A stretch of DNA of 64,000 bases from Ostreococcus lucimarinus (taxonomy: Eukaryota). The notes under the pieces are model-generated. The model was given only the letters and a program-made list of their open reading frames with translations, had not been told where the DNA came from and did no database searches. Where the stretch lies: NCBI GenBank assembly GCA_000092065.1, contig CP000585.1. The stretch is one strand, 5' to 3'. This document shows positions 58,258 through 64,000 of this stretch, piece after piece (the stretch's first letter is position 1; each line of letters starts with the position of its first letter). The translations under genes and the position numbers were made by a program.

Positions 58258-60387
58258 ATGCAGCAACCGCACGAGTACGACGACTGGTTCGCGCACGCGG
58301 ACGCCGATGGCGACGGCCGCGTCTCCGGCGCCGAGGCCGTGCACTTCTTCATGCGCGCTGGGCTCCCGAAGACCGATCTCGCCAAGCTCTGGGACGCGGC
58401 GGACCACGAACGGGAGGGATCGTTGGATCGACGGGCGTTTTCGTTGGCGTGCGCGCTGATAGGAGCGTTGCAGCAGTACGGAACGATCACGAGAGACGTG
58501 TTCGATCGCGCGCTTGCGGGAGATACGCGAGGATTTCCAAAGCCGAAGATGCAAGGGTTGGAGTTACCGGCGGCGCCGACGGCGACGACGAGTCAACCGC
58601 CGGTTGCCGCGGCGACTGGCGGGACGTTTGGGAACGTTGCGCCGTCGCCCACGATGGAATTTACGTCGCCGCCGAAGGACGATTTATTCGCTATATCGAG
58701 TGGGGTCGATGATTTCGCGCCGGTGGCGCCGGCGCCGATGGAGCGAGCGCCGGCGCCCGTCGCGCCGACGAGTCTCGCGTTTGACGCGCCTCCGCGCGCG
58801 ACGTCGGTAGAGCACACGGTGCAGGCGTATCAAGCGCCTGCAGTTGCCGTACCCGTGGCGCCGGAGGCGAACGTTGATTGGCCGGTGATCGGTCCGAATG
58901 ATTGGCAGCGATATCAACAGATTTTCCTTTCGAACACGAACGGGAACCCGGAGGGACGGTTGAGCGGGCAGCAAGTGGCGCCAATTTTACTCGGTATGAA
59001 CGCGCCTAAGCAAGTATTGAAAGACGTGTGGGAACTTAGTGACTCCGACAAAGATGGGTCTTTGGTTTGGACAGAATTCGTCGTGGCGGCTTACCTCACG
59101 GAACAGGCGAGGAACGGCTTGATGCCTCCCAAATCGCTTCCGCCCGGGCAATTTCCACCATTTAGCATGACGGCGGGTGAGCAACCCGCGCCAGTAGCTC
59201 CCGTCGTTCCAGAAGCCGCGCCAACATCAGTGCTACAGGTGAACGCGGTCATGACGGACGGGTTAATGACACCTAGCATCGCGCGAGAGCAGTTACAAAA
59301 CATCACCGCACCCGCGCAAGCGGCACCGCAAGTGAATGAGGCTTACACATACAGAGGGCCAATGGCAAACATCGACGCCATCCCTGAACAAGATCGTGAT
59401 TTGGCGGGAAAGGTCAAGGAAAACGCGGAGAAGAGCGATCGGCAATTGTGGGAACAAGAAATGAACGAGCGACAGAACGTTCTGAGCGCGCACGCGGCTC
59501 AAGAAGTGTTGGCAAATCTCGCATTGTTTGTTCGTAAATGCGAAGCCGGAATGACAGAAGCGTCCTACAGGGCACAAGTTGCCGAATCGCAAGTCATCGA
59601 ACTTAGGCAGAAATGTGAGGTGATGGAAGGACGTGTGACGCAGCTCGTCGAACAACTGGCCGGACCCATTGAGCGCATCGAGGCGAGCAAGAAGGAACAC
59701 GAGGAATTGAGTGCGCGATACCAGCAACTCGAAGAGCGTCACGCCGAGTTGTCGCAGAACGCGTCGCAGCAAAATCATTCGCAGATGATGCAAGATAACG
59801 TGAGTCTGCGTGCGAAAGTCGAGGCGAAATCCACGCAAATAGTGATGGAGGAGACGCGCGCGAGTCAAGCCGCGACAACGTCGTTGAGCGCTCAGATGCG
59901 AGAAACGCAGCTCACAGCGACGCAACCGCCTGCGACAGCGGCGTTGATGGATTTCGGCGGCGTTTCGGCGGCGTCCACAAATATATCACCGGCCTCAGCC
60001 AATGCGAAGAGCACTTTCGAAGAGTGGGACAATTGGGGCACGACGGCGCGCGAAGAGGCGTCGACTCAAACGCGAGCGTCGTCGATGCCCGCGCAGCGGC
60101 ACCGAAAAGTCCCATCCGAAATCCCCGCCGTCACCGCCGCGCTCATCGAAGGCGACGGCGGCTTTTTCGATAGCATCGACTCCGACCCGTTCGGCCAATC
60201 GAACGAGTCGACGTCGCCCGCTCCCGCCATTCCTCCGTCGTCCTTCGGCGACGACCCCTTCGGCGCGCCGCCGCCGACGCCGCCCGGCGACTACGACGAC
60301 CCTTTCGGCGCGCCACCATCCCCCGGCCCGACGCCGCCGCAGAGCGCGCGCGCATCTTTCATAGACATCGATCCATTCGCGATGTGA
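58258..60387 (+). CDS. EH-domain endocytic adaptor (Eps15/Ede1/Pan1-like: 2 EH domains, coiled coil, C-terminal DPF repeats)
   Basis: EH1 'YDDWFAHADADGDGRVSGAEAVHFFMRAGLPKTDLAKLWDAAD' and EH2 'WQRYQQIFLSNTNGNPEGRLSGQQVAPILLGMNAPKQVLKDVWELSDSDKDGSL'. A coiled coil follows, and the tail carries four DPFG/DPFA motifs. Confidence 0.75.
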   Translation: MQQPHEYDDWFAHADADGDGRVSGAEAVHFFMRAGLPKTDLAKLWDAADHEREGSLDRRAFSLACALIGALQQYGTITRDVFDRALAGDTRGFPKPKMQGLELPAAPTATTSQPPVAAATGGTFGNVAPSPTMEFTSPPKDDLFAISSGVDDFAPVAPAPMERAPAPVAPTSLAFDAPPRATSVEHTVQAYQAPAVAVPVAPEANVDWPVIGPNDWQRYQQIFLSNTNGNPEGRLSGQQVAPILLGMNAPKQVLKDVWELSDSDKDGSLVWTEFVVAAYLTEQARNGLMPPKSLPPGQFPPFSMTAGEQPAPVAPVVPEAAPTSVLQVNAVMTDGLMTPSIAREQLQNITAPAQAAPQVNEAYTYRGPMANIDAIPEQDRDLAGKVKENAEKSDRQLWEQEMNERQNVLSAHAAQEVLANLALFVRKCEAGMTEASYRAQVAESQVIELRQKCEVMEGRVTQLVEQLAGPIERIEASKKEHEELSARYQQLEERHAELSQNASQQNHSQMMQDNVSLRAKVEAKSTQIVMEETRASQAATTSLSAQMRETQLTATQPPATAALMDFGGVSAASTNISPASANAKSTFEEWDNWGTTAREEASTQTRASSMPAQRHRKVPSEIPAVTAALIEGDGGFFDSIDSDPFGQSNESTSPAPAIPPSSFGDDPFGAPPPTPPGDYDDPFGAPPSPGPTPPQSARASFIDIDPFAM

Positions 60388-60503
60388 GTGCTCGCCCTAG
60401 CTCGGCGCGAGCGACGCGCTTGTAAAACCCTCGGCGCCTCGCCTCGCCTCGCCGCCGCGCAATCTCGCACCCCCCCCGCCCCCACACCTCGACGCGCGTC
60501 GCC

Positions 60504-63500
60504 ATGCTGAAGAAACTCGGCAGTCGCAAAGATCGCGTCGTCACGTTCGTCGTCACCGTGCGCACGCTCGAACCGTGGCCCACGCGCGCGTCGGGCCGTC
60601 CCGGACAGTTCGCCATCGGTTGGCAGCGCGGCGCGAATAAACGCGGAACGACGCCCGTGCGCGCGGGCGAACGCTCCGATGACGGCGCGCGCGCGACGTA
60701 CGCGTTCGATCACACGTTTGAGGTCGAGGCGACGGTGCGCAGGGCGGGAAAGACGGGACACAAGGAGAAAACACTGACGCTGTACGTGTTGGCGCTGCCC
60801 GAAGACGCGACGCGCGGACGCGAGGTGACGGCGGCGAAGGTCGGGGCGTGCGACGTCGATCTGGCGAAATACGTCGATCGCACGGAGGATGAGACGATAA
60901 TGATCGACGTGGAGTGCGGCGAAGGGGTGCGACGGGCGGTGGGGACGCCGAAGCTTTCGATTTCCGTGCGCGCGAAGGAGGGCGGCGCGAACGCGGAGGG
61001 ACGCGAGGGCGAGGCGAACGCGGCGAACGCGTCGCCGTTGAAATCACCGACGGCGAGCGAACGCGGGGGCGAGTACCAGTGGGCGTCTTCGAGGTTTCAG
61101 TCGGAGCAGGCGAGCTCTTCGCAGGCGGATCAAGTGGAGGCGTTGACGAGCATGGCGAGCATGTTCAAAAAGCGCGCCGCGCCCGTCGAGGAAACCTCGG
61201 TCGTCGACGACGTCGTCGACGAGGGTTCCGAAGCCACGGCCAATGACGAAGCCGACGTTGAAGCGAATACGGCTCGAGCGGAACTAATCGTCGCGCGGGC
61301 GGCGACGCCGAAATCGGACGAATTTTCGTCGACGCCCGACGGCACTCCCGCGTTGGAGCAAGAAGATCCAGAGTTGACGCGAGCGCGCGACGAATTGTTT
61401 GGTGCGCCACCAAAAGATGCCGCGACGTCACCACGCGGTGACGTCGACTCCGATGGTTTCTTGCTCGATTCGGATCTGGACACCGAGGGCGAAGCGGACG
61501 AAGAGACCCCAGCGGAGTTCACTCGTCCAGTCGAAGAGTCGCCGGCGCGAGACGACTCTGAAAACGCCGCGGAGCAAGCGAGATTGGCCGAAGAAGAGGC
61601 GAGAATACGCGCTGAAGAAGACGCTGCTGTAGCTCGCATCGAAGCCGAACGCAAGGCATTTGAAGAAGAGGAGCGCCAGCTCGAAGAGCAAGCGCGACTC
61701 GAAGCTCAGCGAGCAGAGGAAGAAAGAGTTCGCGTCGACGAGGAAGCGAGGTACGCACGCATGGAAGCCGAACGCGCGCAAGCGGAAGAAGAAGCTCGAA
61801 GGTTGGCGGAAGAGGACGCGCTCTTCGCTGAAAATGCCGAGTATCAAAGACGCGCAGAGGAAGAGCAGCGCCTGCGCGCAGAGGAAGAGCAGCGCCTGCG
61901 CGCAGAGGAAGAGCAGCGCCTGCGCGCAGAGGAAGAGCAGCGCCTGCGCGCAGAGGAAGAGCAGCGCCTGCGCGCAGAGGAAGAGCAGCGCCTGCGCGCA
62001 GAGGAAGAGCGACGATGGGCTATGGAAGCCGAGGCTGAGCGCGCGCGCATCGAAGAAATTGAAAAGGCCCGAGCTCATGAAGCCGAAGCTGCGCGTAGAG
62101 CCGTGGAAGATGAAGACGTGGCGGCGGCGCAAATCGCTTCGATTGCACAGCAAGAACGTCAACAGCTGGCAGAAGAGGAAGCGATTAGAGCCGCTCAGGA
62201 AGAAGAGGAGCGACAGCGATTAGAAGATGAAAATCTTCGCACATCTGAACACGAGGCTCGATTGCAAGAGGAACGAGAACTTCAAGCCGAAGAGAACGCG
62301 AAGGCGGCTGCACGCGGCGACATTGATGTGTACGCTAAAGCAGTCATCACCGAGGGCGCGTCATCTGTCTTATTTTCGGACTCTGCTGACGACGTGACTG
62401 CGTTTGGTACACCGTCATCGCACAGCGACGACGCGTTCTACACTCCAGCCACTCGCGGGACGCGTTTCGCGGATTCGGTGCTTAAATCATCTCGCAATCG
62501 CGATTTGGAACACGAGATCGTGAGTATGTCCATTTGTGATATTCTCATTCACAGCACTGCGGAGGATTCGAGCTTCACTACCGCTCTTGGTCTTCAAGAA
62601 CGAATTGCGAGCGTGCGCGCCACGCTCGGAGAGCGCGAGTCTCAACTCGAGTTCAACAGAATCACGGACGCTTTCGGTGTCGCGATTAAAGGGGCGATGC
62701 ATAATCCAGCACGACTCGTGTTCTTATGTGCTCAGCTTATCGCGCTGCGAATTTGCGTGGCCACGATGGATGACTTGGACACGCGCGACGTGATCGAACT
62801 CGAAGTCTTGGCTCGAAACGCCGCGTTTGAGTCGCTCTGGAAGCACACTTGCAGTGCATTAGTAAACCCTGGCGAAGTGACGGAAACGCTCGCACACTTC
62901 ATGAAATCCTTCTGTGGGCCTTCGCCGAATGGAGATGGTGAGAAGATAGGTCGCGCCTGGTCTGCAATGTTTCAGCTCGCCAAGACGCGACTCGACATCA
63001 TCGGTGGCGACGCCGACGACGCCGGCTGCTCTTCGCAACTACTATTGACGCAGCTCCGACAAGGCATCTTGAAGGAGATTATTCTTGCACTTGACAAGTC
63101 TGTATTAGATGCATTGATTCATCCGTCTGGCGATGCCCTGGCAAACCCGATGATACCCGGTGGCGGCGCGTTGACGTTTTCAGCGGGTGCCGAATTGAAG
63201 CGAGCAATTTCTGTACTCGCCAGCGTCGCCAAAGATCTCAACGTTGGCACGAGTACTGAATCGATCATCCCGAAACTCAGAGCCGTCGCAGATGTGTGCA
63301 TGATTCCGAAGGACGCATTGATTGACGTCAAGCTTCGCACGGATATCGTGTGCGGCAAACTCACGGACGAGGAACTTGCCAGCGTCGTCTCGCGATTCCG
63401 CCCTGACGATTTCGCGCCCCAACCCGTGGACCCGGACGTCATCTCCGCCGTCGTCGACGCGGCGACGAATGGAAAGGGTGACACGCCCCCCGCGATCGGA

Positions 63501-63650
63501 CCTTACACCCCAATGAGCACGGAAGGCGCGCCGTGGATCGCCAACTTGGCCCGAGCGCTCGCCGCTTTCGACGGCGTTTTGCAGTCGCGAGCGCCCGGTC
63601 CCAGCGCGCACGCCACGCGTTGGTCCCTAGTCGCCGACGCTCTGCCTTAA
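60504..63650 (+). CDS. NT-C2 (EHBP1/PMI1-type N-terminal C2) domain protein with E/R-rich coiled coil and conserved C-terminal helical domain
   Basis: The N-terminal 150 aa, 'VVTFVVTVRTLEPWP..GQFAIGWQRG..KTLTLYVLAL..', follow the NT-C2 pattern. Then come an acidic region and a coiled coil containing the tandem EEQRLRAE repeats, then a ~350-aa C-terminal domain. Confidence 0.5.
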   Translation: MLKKLGSRKDRVVTFVVTVRTLEPWPTRASGRPGQFAIGWQRGANKRGTTPVRAGERSDDGARATYAFDHTFEVEATVRRAGKTGHKEKTLTLYVLALPEDATRGREVTAAKVGACDVDLAKYVDRTEDETIMIDVECGEGVRRAVGTPKLSISVRAKEGGANAEGREGEANAANASPLKSPTASERGGEYQWASSRFQSEQASSSQADQVEALTSMASMFKKRAAPVEETSVVDDVVDEGSEATANDEADVEANTARAELIVARAATPKSDEFSSTPDGTPALEQEDPELTRARDELFGAPPKDAATSPRGDVDSDGFLLDSDLDTEGEADEETPAEFTRPVEESPARDDSENAAEQARLAEEEARIRAEEDAAVARIEAERKAFEEEERQLEEQARLEAQRAEEERVRVDEEARYARMEAERAQAEEEARRLAEEDALFAENAEYQRRAEEEQRLRAEEEQRLRAEEEQRLRAEEEQRLRAEEEQRLRAEEEQRLRAEEERRWAMEAEAERARIEEIEKARAHEAEAARRAVEDEDVAAAQIASIAQQERQQLAEEEAIRAAQEEEERQRLEDENLRTSEHEARLQEERELQAEENAKAAARGDIDVYAKAVITEGASSVLFSDSADDVTAFGTPSSHSDDAFYTPATRGTRFADSVLKSSRNRDLEHEIVSMSICDILIHSTAEDSSFTTALGLQERIASVRATLGERESQLEFNRITDAFGVAIKGAMHNPARLVFLCAQLIALRICVATMDDLDTRDVIELEVLARNAAFESLWKHTCSALVNPGEVTETLAHFMKSFCGPSPNGDGEKIGRAWSAMFQLAKTRLDIIGGDADDAGCSSQLLLTQLRQGILKEIILALDKSVLDALIHPSGDALANPMIPGGGALTFSAGAELKRAISVLASVAKDLNVGTSTESIIPKLRAVADVCMIPKDALIDVKLRTDIVCGKLTDEELASVVSRFRPDDFAPQPVDPDVISAVVDAATNGKGDTPPAIGPYTPMSTEGAPWIANLARALAAFDGVLQSRAPGPSAHATRWSLVADALP
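61851..62010 (+). repeat. 24-bp x ~6.6 perfect in-frame tandem repeat (cgcgcagaggaagagcagcgcctg) encoding RAEEEQRL
   Basis: Direct read. Six identical units plus a partial seventh lie inside the NT-C2 protein's coiled coil. Confidence 0.9.
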
Positions 63651-63828
63651 GAAAAGCGATGAAGCGTTGAACAAAGGCGCGTCATTCACCATAGCGACGC
63701 GTTATTCTTGCAATTCCACAGCACCATCGTACCATCGTCGGCGCCGTCCCGTCCGGGCCGCCGCCCCTGCCCGCCCGTCTCGGCCCTCTACGCGGCACAC
63801 CGCGGCGCGGCCGTTCCTAGCGCCCATC

Positions 63829-64000
63829 ATGAACGCCTACCCGAAGAAAAAATGGGAGCCAGAGCTCAAGCTGAAATCCGCCAAGGTCTCGCGCACGGGT
63901 GACTTCACGAACGACCAAAACTTGAAGATTCGGTGGTACTCGTGGGAAGTACCGAAACCCAAAGCTATAATCGTATTCGCGCACGGCCTGGGCGTGTACG
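63829..64000 (+). CDS. alpha/beta-hydrolase, monoacylglycerol-lipase/lysophospholipase-like (3' truncated by window edge)
   Basis: 'MNAYPKKKWEPELKLKSAKVSRTGDFTNDQNLKIRWYSWEVPKPKAIIVFAHGLGVY' matches the N-terminus of MGLL-type hydrolases up to the HG oxyanion motif. Confidence 0.5.
   Translation, partial: MNAYPKKKWEPELKLKSAKVSRTGDFTNDQNLKIRWYSWEVPKPKAIIVFAHGLGVY

Noticed and set aside
1-64000. I looked for CRISPR arrays, tRNA genes (GTTCGAATC-type T-loops), transposase, integrase or reverse-transcriptase ORFs, LTRs and terminal inverted repeats.
   Set aside because: None found by eye. All sizeable ORFs are accounted for by conserved eukaryotic proteins or compositional artefacts. The repeats present are short in-frame coding microsatellites or minisatellites, plus one intergenic tandem duplication.

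Overview
This window is GC-rich (~60%) eukaryotic nuclear DNA and is extremely gene-dense. I can support about 39 protein-coding genes in 64 kb on both strands; gaps between neighbours are often under 150 bp. Most genes are intron-free, but three short introns could be modelled by hand, and all share one grammar: GT(G/T)CGT donor, CTGAC branch 19-30 nt before a CAG acceptor.

Gene content is core eukaryotic housekeeping:
- PEX5, N-myristoyltransferase, two ubiquitin E2s (UBE2N, UBE2K)
- USO1/p115, STT3, PDI, SPCS1-like, PIG-T-like, ATG9
- U1-70K, NIFK/Nop15, bifunctional DHFR-TS, threonine dehydratase, UvrD-type helicase

There are also plastid-type proteins: a Deg/HtrA protease with a twin-arginine presequence and a HisN-type IMPase with an Arg/Ala-rich N-terminus. 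TGTAA poly(A)-type signals follow about half of the stop codons. Together with DHFR-TS and the extreme compaction, this fits a picoplanktonic green alga (Mamiellophyceae-like); that lineage call is an inference.

I find no prokaryote-style defence island, CRISPR array, transposon or viral insert. I cannot support any novel multi-gene system here, and this reads as an ordinary core chromosomal region. The items worth a second look are:
- 5' exons that the ORF track misses (PEX5, the gene starting at 25761) and one internal intron (UBE2K)
- two unusual domain architectures (CRIPT + OCRE-like tail; U1-70K with an in-frame Gly/Pro/Met-rich N-extension)
- several in-frame coding tandem repeats
- very tight bidirectional and convergent gene pairs
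- an EH-domain adaptor next to an EHBP1-like NT-C2 protein

All calls rest on my reading of the translated ORFs and raw sequence; no database searches were run.
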